DNA of 64,000 nucleotides, taken from Gracilinanus agilis. Lineage: Eukaryota. Shown one piece after another: positions 52,215 through 64,000 of the stretch. How positions within the stretch are numbered: position 1 is the first letter of the stretch; every line of letters begins with the position of its first letter. The notes under the pieces were generated by a model, which worked only from the letters and a program-made list of their open reading frames with translations, was not told the DNA's origin and did no database searches. The position numbers were made by a program, and so were the translations under genes. The stretch spans positions 1,566,317 through 1,630,316 of the forward strand of contig NC_058136.1 in the NCBI RefSeq assembly GCF_016433145.1, in the 5' to 3' direction.

Positions 52215-52742
52215 TGTGAGATGATACAACCCACCTAGGAATTCTCCAAGGCCAGTAAAGTACAACCCCCTTGGCTTGTAAAAAAACACTATTTTATAGA
52301 GGGAATAAGGAAAATTGGTAGCTAACAATCATAGAAACTAAGCTCCACCCAAATTTCTACATTTTCTGCAAAAGGAGAACTTTCTGTTTCTTCTCTGGGC
52401 CATGCTCGCAGCTCCCTGATCTATCTAAAAACCTCCAACATTATCTGACTCTAACCTGATCCTTCCACTAGTGATTAACAAAAAAAGAAAGGGAAAAAAG
52501 CCTGGGTTTGGCTGCTCTAAGTAACCCAAAGTCCCAGATGAAAATCTCTGGATAACCTTGGCCAAAAGGGATTTCTGGAGATGTTCTCTGGCAGACAGTT
52601 TTCTCCAAAGCAGATCCTCAACCTAGGCGTCAAATAGCCTCTTCATGAAATCATGACTATTTAGGGAGAATCTCTCAGAGTAAAACCTCCTTTTAGCTTG
52701 ATTAAAAAGCAAGGCAGAGAGTAAAATTTCCTTTCAGGTCAC
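52215..52742 (-). mobile_element. Possible solo LTR
   Basis: Minus strand begins tgacctgaaaggaaattttactc and ends ...tctcaca, with LTR-like composition. No clear TSD. Confidence 0.4.
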
Positions 52743-53657
52743 TTGAAATCCTAGAAGGAAGCAGTGACAGTTCAAACCATCAAACTCCCACAATTCCTTT
52801 CTCCTTCCCAGAATCCTCCTCCAGGGCTTGTATCAAAATTCTCTTCTTTTAGTTACACCCTGAAATCACTCTATCCCTAACTTATTCCTACAGTGCATTA
52901 AATTTTATATCTGCTTATATATCCAGTCTTTCAATATCTGTACCTAGTAGGCCAGGGACCTCTCAAAGAAATTGTTTCTTCTTGTTTCAACGCATGCTAG
53001 TTTTGACTCATCCTTTGCTTATATACTATATCAAGGTTGAACTTTTTCATTTCTCTATTTGATTGTCTTCAATTTTCCCTGTATGATTCTTACTCATAAA
53101 TAGTTTCATATTGTTTCCCCCTTTAGACTCTGAACTACTTGAGGACAGGGACTGTTTTTTCCCAGTACTGAGCACATATAACAACTGCTTAATAAAATAT
53201 TCTTGACTATGTGCCAGACACTGTACTAAGTGGTCAAGATAGAAAGATTAAGAATATCATAGTCTCCACTAGCAAAAACAAGGTGACTTTGTCTTCCTCC
53301 TATAGTAGTAGTAATGTATGCTTCAGAGATGGGTTTTACTGGACCACTTTTGGAAATCCTTTCAAACTTAATTGGTGCTTCTATGGATAAGAAATTATTG
53401 TTGTTTTTGTTATAGTTCACAGAGATTTAGATAAATCAAGACTAAAAGTTGAAATAGTTTTCCAAATTTTAATTTTTCTTAAAAATATATATATTTTCAG
53501 TTATTGAACAGAGCAAGGAATTTAAAAATAACTAATTCCATTTCTATAACTTAAAAAGATTTACATAGTGTTTTGTTATGAAGCAGATCATATAGATGTT
53601 ATTACTCCATTTTCAGAGAGTAAATCAACAAGCATTTATTAATTGTCTTTTATTATT

Positions 53658-53915
53658 AGGCAGCCTGGTGGTTAGTGGATAGAGTGCTGGACCTGGAGTC
53701 AGGAAGACATGGTTCAAATCTGGCTTCACACACTTACTAATTATGTGATCCTGGCCAAGTCACTTAACTTCTCTTTGCCTTAGTTTCCCTAGCTGTAAAA
53801 CGAGAGTAATAATAATAACAACCTATCTCCCAAGGATGTTGTAAGGATCAAAAGAGATAATAATTGTAAAGTTCTTACTATAGTTCCTGACACATAGTGC
53901 TATATAAATATTAGC
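53658..53915 (+). mobile_element. MIR / core-SINE
   Basis: gtggatagagtgctggacctggagtcaggaagac...ggccaagtcacttaac...aggatcaaaagagataat...ataaatattagctatta. Confidence 0.85.
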
Positions 53916-54774
53916 TATTATTCTTATGTCCCAGGTACTAGAAATATAGAGCAAAAAATGAAATAGTTCCAGATCTCAAGAAATTTAAGTCCTTTTAGGA
54001 GAAATAACATGAATAAAATAAATAAAACCATCCATCTTCGCCAACAATAAGACTGTCACTAGAGCAGGAAAAAATCTTAGAGGCCACCTAGTCTAGTTTA
54101 ACCTCTACCTATTAATTTTACAGAAAACAAAAAGGAAATATTCAATTTAAGTGACTTCCCCAAAGCCCTAGATTTACTGTGTCAGGGATGTAATTTGAAC
54201 TTATCTCCTAACTCTAGAAGTAGTATTCCTTTTCATTATACCACATTGTCTCCTTTACATGTAAAGAAAAACACAGAAAGAAAAATTATTTGCTACTATC
54301 CACAAGATCAAAAACTGTAAAAGCAAGTATTCAAACCTAGATCCTTAGACAAGTCTAGCATTCTTTCCACTATACCATGTCAGTGAATGAACATTTATTA
54401 TTTATCATATGCCAGACACTTTGTTAAACTCTGAGAACACAAAAGACAAAATATGATCCCTATCCTTAAGGAGCTCCTCTTCTAGTGGAAGAGACAACAT
54501 ATAAATATGTAAATGAAAGGTTTGTGCAGTCCAGATATAAGATAATTTAAGATGAGAAGTTTATTAGCTACCGATCAAAAATAATCTCTTATCAAAGGGG
54601 TAAGTCATCAAAAGAGTCATCAAAGAGACCAGGGGAAATCTAAGAACCAGGGGAAAAGGGGTAGAGCATTCTAGGCATGGGGAACAGCCAGCAGAAAGGC
54701 AGTGTAACTGGAGTTGAAGCCTCCTGCGAGATTACACAAGCACTCTTTTACACTCTTTTTAAACAATTGAAACT

Positions 54775-55258
54775 GTTATCAGGACTCTGCTCCCTTGTGG
54801 CCTCAAGCACTGGGGTGTGTATTGCTCCTTCTTGTCCTTGGACTTCATCCCAGGACTTTAACTCCTTATGAACAATATGATAGTCTTAACACCCACAGCT
54901 AGCAAAGGGACCAATGTAATGTCCATCTGAAAAGTTGTCTAACCCCTTTACCATCTGTGGCTGAGAGCTCTGGAAAGCCTTTGTTGTTGATTCAGCCACC
55001 CAAAGGCCTGTGCTGGCTTTCTAAGGTGGGTCCTGCCTTGTAGTGCTAGGCTGTGTTCCATTTCCACCTTGGTGTGATAGATCTTTCTTGCTGCCCTTCT
55101 CAGTTGTTTTGGGCTAAAAAATTGTTCCACCCTATCCTTTTGTGTGTTCTGCTGCTCTAGAACTTGTTTTGAAGTATTAAATTAAAGTTGTTTGGAGGGT
55201 AATTTGGTGGAGTTCAAATAGGTTTATGTTCCTTCTCCACTATCTTGGCTCTGCCCAG
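54775..55258 (-). mobile_element. Old L1 5'UTR fragment
   Basis: Ends in ctccactatcttggctctgccc, a decayed ctccgccatcttggctccgccc (YY1-containing L1 5' end), preceded by ttaaagttgtttggagg. Confidence 0.65.
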
Positions 55259-55657
55259 AACACATTAATTTTAAGTGTAATTTCATTAAAGAAATAATAG
55301 TGACATTTCATTACTTGGTGGATAGACTATCATAATAATACTTGACTGATCTTGTTATAAATAGTCTGTTATGTAACTAATACTTTCTCATACCCTTTGA
55401 AAATAAGATAATCATTCTTTATAAAGTACCCAAATATGTGCTATTTACTTTATAAGAATAGTAAAGGCTGAGGAAAAAAAGTCAATTTAATGTGAATGAG
55501 AGAATGAGAGAGATTTCAGAAGGATGAGTTTATACAGTATATGGCTTTTCAAATCTTAGAGATTTTCAAAGATTGTAAGGTCTAAAGGGTTATATGGAAT
55601 AAAAGAGGAAGTAAGTGGAGTTAGAGAGTCTGAGAAGATGTGAAAAAGATATATATA

Positions 55658-55848
55658 GGGGGGTCAGCTAGATAGCAAAGTGGATAGAGCACCAGGCCGG
55701 GAGTCAGGAGGACCTGGATTCAAATCTGACCTCAAATATTTCCTAGCTATGTGTCCCTGGGCAAATCATATAACCCAGATTGCCTAGCTCTTGCTGCTCT
55801 TCTATCTTAGAATTGATACTAAAGCAGAAGGTAACTGTTTTTAAAAAA
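55658..55848 (+). mobile_element. Older didelphid SINE
   Basis: gggggtcagctagatagcaaagtggatagagcaccaggc...gattgcctagctcttgctgctctt...aaagcagaaggtaa. Confidence 0.8.
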
Positions 55849-58044
55849 TTTCTTAAAATACATACATATAAATAAAATGTTTTTCGTGCTGAATAATAAC
55901 ATCCTACAAAGATGATGCCTATGGGAACAGTTTAGAAAACAACTTAGAATTAGGTGAAAGTAATAATCCAACACTCTGATCTAATTAATGCTACTCCAAT
56001 AACCTAGTTTTTAAAATGGAATTACAATGAACATCCTATTGTAAGCAGTATTTCAACCTCAGTCAATATCTGGTTGTGTATCTGTCATTTAGTATGTGTA
56101 CATGACAATTATGTTCTAATTAGAATGCTTTGTGATTATCTGTCATATTTATATATTGTTTTAATCTAAATATCAGCAATCCTTTCATCCTATTTTTTTA
56201 TCTGGGTGGCCTCTAAGCACAGATGTTGTCAATTTAGGGAGATTAAAACAATAATGAAAGTGATCAAGATAAAAATTACTCATTATACAATTTTAACTCA
56301 ACACAAATATTTGTTAATAGTTACTACATGCAAGAAGCTAATTATTTAATAAAATGTTCTAGGTACTTAATAAATCAACTTTAATTTAATTAATATATAA
56401 TAAATATATTTGTATATGGTTATCTTGTGTAATAATTTTGAAGTAAATATGTATTTTATTCTTTTAGAGATGCTACATTTTAAGTTTGCAGCCAGTATTC
56501 CAAAGTTGTCTCCATTTATTGAAACAAATTGAAAACTTTTTAGTGAACTAAGGCTGGCTTTTAAAAAAATATACATTATCTAAAGAGATCAAATGATCTC
56601 AGATTTTATGTTCAAAATATGGAGGAGCAGTTGAATAAAGTGAGAAACAAAAGAGGAAAGAGTGCTTGATTAGAGGACAGAAGATATATGTTTAAATCAC
56701 TACCCTGGTCTTCAATTTTGTTTCAGCCATATCTGTTCTTCCTTTTCATTTAGAATTATTATATTCTCCTTGACACAGGGAAGACAGAATCAAAAAAAGA
56801 ATTAAATAATGGCAGAGAGATAATTTTGAGGTCTGTGCATGCCCTAAAATGGTTGAAATCACGTAGTCTGTGATTCTCAAAAGTAGCAAAGAGTTTCTTT
56901 GGCATAGTTCCTAGGCCAGGTGTTTCTGCTGCTACTTTTGACATATGATTGTCAGAGTTTCCAACATGGTCGGTGTGTCCATAAAATTCTCAGGACCATA
57001 GAGTTCTTAGAGAAATAGTCTTTCAAAATCTCCAGATGTGAACTTCAAATTCAACACATCTAAAAAAAATATTTTGAGAACTATAGATTTGCTGAATGAG
57101 ATATGCAAAGATTGCTTGGAGGGATGTTGCTTAATTTCCAACCACAAGAATGCAAATCAAAGTCTCCAAACCATAAAGAAATAGATTTATTTGTAGAGGG
57201 CCACTCTCCCAATAAAGCTGGACTTCTGGTCAAGACCAAAAGACCTCTAGTGCTGTGAGAGACCTTCCTATATACCTCAAGGAATTAGACAATTTTTATA
57301 CCAGTACAAAAATAGTCCATATACAATAGTTATACCCATCTAAATATAGCGGCACATGGAAGTAATGTCCATTGGTTAGGGCAACTAGGAAATACTTCTT
57401 ATTGGTACAAGAAGTCATTTGACAATGACTTAAGAGTCACTTGATAGAAGAGCAGGGATTGGGGGAACCTGGAGTAGTGATGCAAATGGGCAAGGGGTGG
57501 TAGAGCATGGCTAGTGACACAAAGATAAGAGTGGGTGGTGTTAGCTGATACCAGGCTTTGAACCACAGGTCAGACCTAGTGATATATACTAGATCACTTA
57601 CTTATTTCAAAACCTTAATACTTATGCTAGAATAATCACAAAAAGCTTACTAAAATCATGACTTATACTATCTTAGAATTACAATTATGATTATCTCAAG
57701 ACTATTGCTAACATTAAAATCTAATCCTCATATAAGGGGGTAAAGGATTTTTCACTCACAGGGATGATCTTTCATTGGAAACTTAAGCTAGAATAAGCAA
57801 AAGCTTATCTGCAAGGTTGTTCTGACAACTGGATACTCTGAATATAAAAATCAAAACATATAATGAATGGCACTCTCTGGACCTTGCTGACTCTTATATT
57901 CACACAAGTTAAAAAGCTTTCAACTCTTTGCAATTACTTCATTGGAAGTGGGGGCGGGGGGGGGGAGTCATTTGAGGGACTAGTTTTGGTCATGATATTC
58001 ATCAGCCTTTAGCAATCCAACCAAGGAAGACCGACCCTCAGTAT

Positions 58045-58671
58045 TGTGAAAGGGAATTCTTGGTTCTCTGTGAGTTCACACCTTACTTGATGCTAGGTGA
58101 GAACAAGCCAGAAACTTAAGAGTTCACACACTCAGAAAGGTGTGGTTCAAAAGGTGAGAACTCAGACAATTTGGGAACTGTGATTGACCCCAATGAAAAG
58201 GACCAGGGAAAGGAAACCATCATAAAAGCCATGAAAATCCCTGAGGAGGGTGTCTGGTGAAAGAGGTCTAGTGAAGGAGGCTAGTAGAGAGTGGACTCCA
58301 AGAAGTGAGTCACTCCAAGAAGGAGAGAGTGAACTTCAAGAAGAGTCACTCCAAGAAGTAGAGAGTGAACTCCAAGAAGGAATTCGGCTTCAAGAAAGTC
58401 GGCTCAAAGAAGAAAATAGGCCTCAGGAGTCACCTTCAGCTCCAGTCATTGTCTTGGGTGAGTGGATAGCTGGTTTTCTCTTCCTGTCTTCTGGAGATAG
58501 TTTAATTCTGATTGAAGTTTAACAAGTCCTGACTGAGCCAAGTGCTGGAACAATATTTAGTTAGATAGGCTAATGTCTTTTCTACCCTTTTTTACTTTTA
58601 CTCTTTCTACCTCTTTTATAAAGAAAAGATTTATAATTTTCATATATTTAGCCAAACTATTAATTTTAACA
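58045..58671 (+). mobile_element. Solo ERV LTR with an internal tandem repeat array
   Basis: TGTGAAAG...TTTTAACA; flanks cagtat / tagtat (5/6); repeated ctccaagaag units at ~58286-58400. Confidence 0.65.
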
Positions 58672-59059
58672 TAGTATATACCTGGCTTAGTTTCTTCTTT
58701 GTAGACCAGATCTCACCAACTTTTAATGAAGGGAATAAGTTCCAAACTCATACTGCATGAGCGGAGAATCTTGACTCAGATTGGATCCTGTGTATAACAT
58801 AAACAGAAATCAGGGTCACATTTGGGTGGGGCCCAGCCCAAACTAAGCTTGGGGTTTAGGAGTGATCATATTATAGGTTATGCTCTTCAAAGATTGTTTT
58901 TTTCCCAGGGAGGTTTTGATAAAAATAATGGGGAAAAGGATTGTTCACAAGACTAATTGGTATAATCAGTATAGTAGTTTAATATTAATTTCCCTCAATA
59001 TACAAAATAGAACTTACTCTCTTTCACCTTAAATCTATCTCACTTTATAACTTCAGATT

Positions 59060-59800
59060 AGCAACTTCAGAAATCATGCTGTAATCTTTATTTTTCCCTC
59101 TCTATCCACATCTAAATAATTGTTAATTCTTGATCATTTCATCTCCATCACATCTTTTGCAATTATCCCTTTCTCTCCACTCACTTCATAACCAACCTAA
59201 ATCAGTCTCATAGCTGCTCACCTGGACTATTACAATTCTCATTGATTTCCTTGCCAGCTACAGCCTTTTCCTTCTAGAATCCAATCTCCACTCACCTGCC
59301 AAATTGATATTCCTAAGCCATAGGCCTAACCATATCATTTACTTGCTCAAGAACCTTCAGTGGCTTCCATTTGCCTCTAGGATAAAATATAAATTCTTCA
59401 GGTATTTAGACCATTTTATTACCTAGCTTCAGTCTATCTTTGTGGTCTGATGATAGCTTTCTCCCCTCATAGAGGCTTTAGTTTAGGTAGATTGGCCTAC
59501 TTAGTGTTCCTGGGCTGACATTCAATCCTCACCTTTTCCATACTTTACAAAGTTTACCTCCCCCATGCCTGGAATGCTTTTTCTGCTCAAACCATAAGCT
59601 ACCCTCAAGGTGCAGTTCAGCTGCTACCTCCTGGAAAAGTCCTATCCTTATTCTTCTGGTTAACTATTTTTGCACATTGTTTCATCAGATTAAGCTCTTT
59701 GAGGTTTACAGGTGCTATCTTATTTTTGTATTTATAGCCTTTACTTCTAGTACATAATTCATACTTTTAAAAAATGTTTATTTGGACTGAATTGAATACT
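59060..59800 (+). mobile_element. L2 3' fragment
   Basis: cacctggactattacaa...ccaaattgatattcctaagc...ggataaaatataaattc...catgcctggaatgc...gactgaattgaat. Boundaries approximate. Confidence 0.7.
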
Positions 59801-62329
59801 CAGAATCAGTTTTGGAAAAGAAAGGTATAGTGTACACAATGGAACTACTTATTGCAATGAAGTTAAAAAGGTCTCAGTAGTATAGTAGGGGTGGAAAGAA
59901 TCAGGCATTCTAATGGATCTTCTTAGAGATATATGAAGTCAGAGACCACCTATAAACTTGTAGTATTACTATAATAAACACAGTCCCTGGAGATCTTAAA
60001 CTATCATCAGTGCCCCTTGTATTAAGGTCTTGTCTGCCTATTGGTATTCAATCCAACCTCCACTCATATCCTCACTGCATGCCCTCAAAACTCTATCTTG
60101 GCCCAAATAGGTCATCACTTTTATAGTGTGGCTTATAAATTATATTATCAGGATTGCCTTAGACTGTCCTAACCATTGAGATTGATAAAGCAGTCAATAT
60201 TTTATAGCACTAAAATGTGGCTTCATAGTTGAGCAAACACTGCCTAAAATTTTTTGTTCATAAACAACTAGATGATGATGGTTATAATATCTGACAGATT
60301 AATGTTCATATTAGATCTAATATGTGAATACCAACCTTATGTAACCTCCCCCTTTTATCAACCTCTGTCAGTACTACAACCCTCTAATTGTATCAACAAA
60401 TTATGCTTCATATTTACTGAAGCAGCCTCAAGTTGGTTTAGATGGTCTCATATATCTGGAAGATTGGATGAAGGAAAAAAGTGGAAAAAAATATGGCTTC
60501 CTTTATTTTGACTGCTTTACAAATACACTGAATTATTGTCATTCTTTTGGAAGCAGTAGGGTGAACCAATCATCTTGATGATATGAATTTGATATACTAT
60601 TTGAGGATATTTTCAGGATATTTTGTTAGTTAAACATGGAGAAAATTGTCACTGAGAGAGAAATTCATGCCTGTAGGGTGAGGAACTAGATAATCCCCAA
60701 AGTGGAAGATACAATTAGGAATATTGATCAAAAAGAATTTCTGAGAGGTAACTATGAAACTAAAAACTTGTGTAAACAGAAATGATGGCAGTGGAGGGAC
60801 TTTGAATTGAAAATGACTGCTTGAATAGAGATAGGCTACTCAGTTTGGTGCCAGAATGAATAAAGATCAAGGAAATTTAATGAAAAACTACAGAGAATGA
60901 TTTCTTTCTCCTGAAAACTAGTCAAAAAGTCACCATAAGAGCAATAGGAAAGAGGGGATACCAGCAGAGATGGTGCCTTCATAGGCAAATATAGTATCTT
61001 AGTACTACTACAAAAGAATCAGATTCATAATTATCTTCTGGTACCAAAAGTAAAATACATTCTCTTCTCTCCTGAAAGCTCCACAGCAGTTGTAAATTCA
61101 GAACAGGGAAGCCTTTGAAAAACCCAAGAAATAACAGCAACCATTTTAGGTATAGATCAGATCCTGATATCCTGAAATGTCTTCAGGATTAACCCCAAAA
61201 GAGGAGGTCAGGATAGGACCCTCAGAGATCAAATAGGGCTGGTCAGTCTACTGGAAAATCCCACAGTCATTGTTTTGCCTTCGCACAAAGCCCAAATTCA
61301 GCAGGTAAAGTTAGACTGACAAGGTAAATCAAACCCAAAACAGTATAAAAAATTCTAATAAGTCATCTATTTGTCAGTGCTATAGCAAGGGGTTATATAG
61401 GTAGCAGTGTATTCTCTGAATCTCTATGCCACCTAAGCCCATAATTCTTGACTTTAAGGTTAGATATAAGCAGCTGTTTTGAGATGAAGTAGATAGGCAC
61501 ACATAATTTTGGATATATTTTGCTGGTGATCTTGCCTTTGGTGCTATAACTGGAGCAACTTCTCCAAAGCTCATCATTGAGAGAACTGTTCATCTGCAAG
61601 TTCCAATTAGATCTGGTATTTATATGTCATCCTAACTTCTGTTCTCTGATTGCAGGGTGGAGCCATGCACTCAAAATCTCCATTTAAGGAAGGGACTCAG
61701 GATTGACATCTCTTTTCCCACCTGGTTGCATTACTTTGAAACTTACCTGACTAATACACTGTGCTGTTGCCCCCTCTTTCTTTTTTCCATTCCCCCCCAG
61801 ACCTTTGGGTTTTTCAGCTTCTTTTTTTGTGTTGTCATCTCCCATTAGATTGTAAGCTCCTTAAAGGCAGGGACTATATCTCCCCTACACCCTTCTTCCC
61901 CTTAACCTCCTCCCCAACATATTTATAGCTCCAGCATTTAGTACAGTGCCTGGCACCTACCTAGTAGTTGCTTAATAAATATTTATTGACTACCTTTGGT
62001 TGTCTGCCCCTTGGATTTTGTGAGGACTTGTGCAGCAACTGATATTGGAAAGTCTGGAACTGAGAAAATATAATGGTCTAGAAGACAACCTTCTGAAAAT
62101 CACTAAGTCTGGTGGAATTTATGGTTTATATTAAGTTTTCATTATTTCAAACCAACCTACTTTGGAATCTGATTTGGCAAAATGTATGGAACCAAAACCT
62201 AAGAACACTTATATTGTGATAAGTGGGAAACTGGTAAGTAGTCTTGCTGAAAGTGGGTTCAGCCCAAGATCTCACACCAAAAATCAAGGTTTCAAATGGT
62301 TATGAAACTTAGATAGTTAGAAGCTTACA

Positions 62330-62535
62330 GGGGGCAGCTGGGTAGCTCAGTGCATTGAGAGCCAGGCCTAGAGATGAGAGGTCCTAGGTTCAAATCTGGC
62401 CTCAGACACTTCCCAGCTGTGTGACCCTGGGCAAGTCACTTGACCCCCATTGCCTACCCTTACCACTCTTCTGCCTTTGAGCCAATACACAATATTGACT
62501 CCAAGACAGAAGGTAAGGATTTAAAAAAAAAACAA
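62330..62535 (+). mobile_element. Young SINE1_Mdo-like SINE, long-tail variant
   Basis: Tail gccaatacacaatattgactccaagacagaaggtaagg; TSD aagcttaca. Confidence 0.95.
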
Positions 62536-62574
62536 AAGCTTACATCATAAAACAATTTAGAGACACAGGGAAGG

Positions 62575-63300
62575 AAATAACCTTTCACTGCTTTTGATAG
62601 AGAAAGAATTTATGACCAAACAGGTAATAGGATCAGAAGCAAAACCAATTTGTAATTAAAATTAAAAAGTAAACAATTAACTGGGGAAAAAATATTTGTA
62701 GGAAGTTTGATAGCCAAAATATACAAGTAACTGATTCAAGCACCATTTCTCAATATATAGTACTGTTATAATTGCGGGAAAGGATATGAAGAGAGTTGCA
62801 GATCAACTGGCATGCTGATGTATATTTGGTGAAGCTTTGAATTAATCTAATTATTATGGAAGACAATTGAGAATTATGCTAAATACAGTCATTAAACTGT
62901 GCATATCTTTGAACCAGAAGTACCACTAAGAGACCTATTAGCCCCAAATTATGTTGAAAAGAAAGAGATCTATATATTAAGAATGTGTATAGGAGTAGCT
63001 AGGTAGCTCAGTAGATAGAGAGTTGGACTTAGAAACAGGAGGTCCAGGGTGCCCCTGGGAAAGTCACTTAATTCCAGTTGCCTAACCTTACTGCTCTTGT
63101 ACCTTGGAACCAATACTAAATATTGATTCCAAGATGTAAAGGAAGGTTTTTTTTTTTAAATTTGTATAGGAACTCTTTTTGGTGTTTCAAAGAACTAGAA
63201 ACTAAGGGAGGTCAATGACTAAAAGAAATTAGAATATATTTATATATTTCAGCAAAACGGATACTTTCAAATAAACCTGGAAAAACATAAATAAATGCAG
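62575..63300 (+). mobile_element. Old L1 ORF2 remnants interrupted by an internally deleted SINE (~62992-63160)
   Basis: gaaagaatttatgaccaaac, ttaaaattaaaaag and ctttgaaccagaagtaccacta resemble L1 ORF2; the SINE head and tail interrupt them. Confidence 0.55.
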
Positions 63301-63308
63301 AGAGAAGT

Positions 63309-63540
63309 AGGCAGCTGAGTAATGCAGTTGTCAGAACTGCAAGGCTGGAATTAGGAAGACCTGACTTCAAATGTAGCTTCAGACACTTAGCTGTGTGTCC
63401 CTGGACAAATCACTTAGCCTCTCATTGCTTTAGTTTCCTTACCTGTAAAATAAGGATAATAATATTATTTCCACTGTATTCTTTTCAGGATCAAATGAGA
63501 AAATAATTGCCAAGTTCTTTGCACAGTGCTTGGTAATATC
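63309..63540 (+). mobile_element. MIR / core-SINE
   Basis: aggcagctgagtaatgcagt...ggaagacctgacttcaaat...ctgtaaaataaggataataat...aggatcaaatgaga. Confidence 0.8.
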
Positions 63541-64000
63541 GCTGACCCTCTTTTCAAGATTTCAAGCCATTCAATAAGTCCCAAATTCACCTAACTAAAG
63601 TAGTGTAAGAAACTTTGTTAAATGCTTATAGTAAACATTATACAAGTGTTAGCTATCATTAATAATAGTAATAATATTAGATTAACACAGTCTGTAGTAA
63701 AATCTGAATTGTAAAGAAAACTTTTAAAGACTTAAGATTTTTGAACAGTTCAGTGACAAACAAGGATAGATGATGAAACATCACCTCTTGACAGTGAACT
63801 CAAAATTCCTAATGGAACTTTTTTTTAACATAGATAACAGAAATTTGTTTTGATTGTATTTGTTACAATATCTTGTTTTTCTCTTTCTCCAATATAGGTA
63901 AGTTAGTAGAGAAGAAGGCTAGCAATATAATTGCTCCCCTCCACCCTGTCCCCTCCAAAAAGCTGAAAAAAGGAAGAAAGGTCATTGAAACAAATGTTTA

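Noticed and set aside
52531-54852. Possible PI15 upstream exon seeds (ATCTGGGAC at 52531-52540 and TGGGATGAA at 54844-54852)
   Set aside because: The flanking translations do not match PI15, and both lie in repeat-derived sequence.
58250-58522. 90-aa Glu/Ser-rich ORF
   Set aside because: It is a by-product of the tandem repeats inside the LTR.
61380-61599. Two overlapping minus-strand ORFs of 65-68 aa
   Set aside because: No recognisable protein and no splice context; lengths are within chance expectation.

Overview
Mammalian genomic DNA, almost certainly a didelphid marsupial (opossum), judged from its SINE1_Mdo-like, MAR1, MIR, L2, L3 and marsupial L1 repeats. Three fixed 500-N scaffold gaps (154-653, 27328-27827, 51459-51958) split the window into separate contigs. 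Contig 654-27327 carries one coding exon, the first coding exon of ABHD2 (minus strand). Contig 27828-51458 carries the last three coding exons and a probable ~6.7 kb 3'UTR of PI15 (minus strand), plus the 5' half of an L1. Contig 51959-64000 is repeat-rich and has no recognisable exon. ABHD2 and PI15 are not neighbours in human, and the gap between them is flanked by two oppositely oriented L1 pieces, so the adjacency is most likely a scaffolding join rather than biology. The most interesting items are two TIR/TSD-bounded hAT MITEs (one with OposCharlie1-like ends, a family linked to horizontal transfer) and a ~1.1-1.3 kb stop-poor, coding-like segment at ~31.3-32.7 kb that I could not assign. 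Other items are solo LTRs and a diverged local duplication. I found no CRISPR arrays, rRNA or genuine tRNA genes, and I cannot support a new multi-gene system from this sequence. Repeat family names and human comparisons are from recall, and boundaries of old repeats are approximate.
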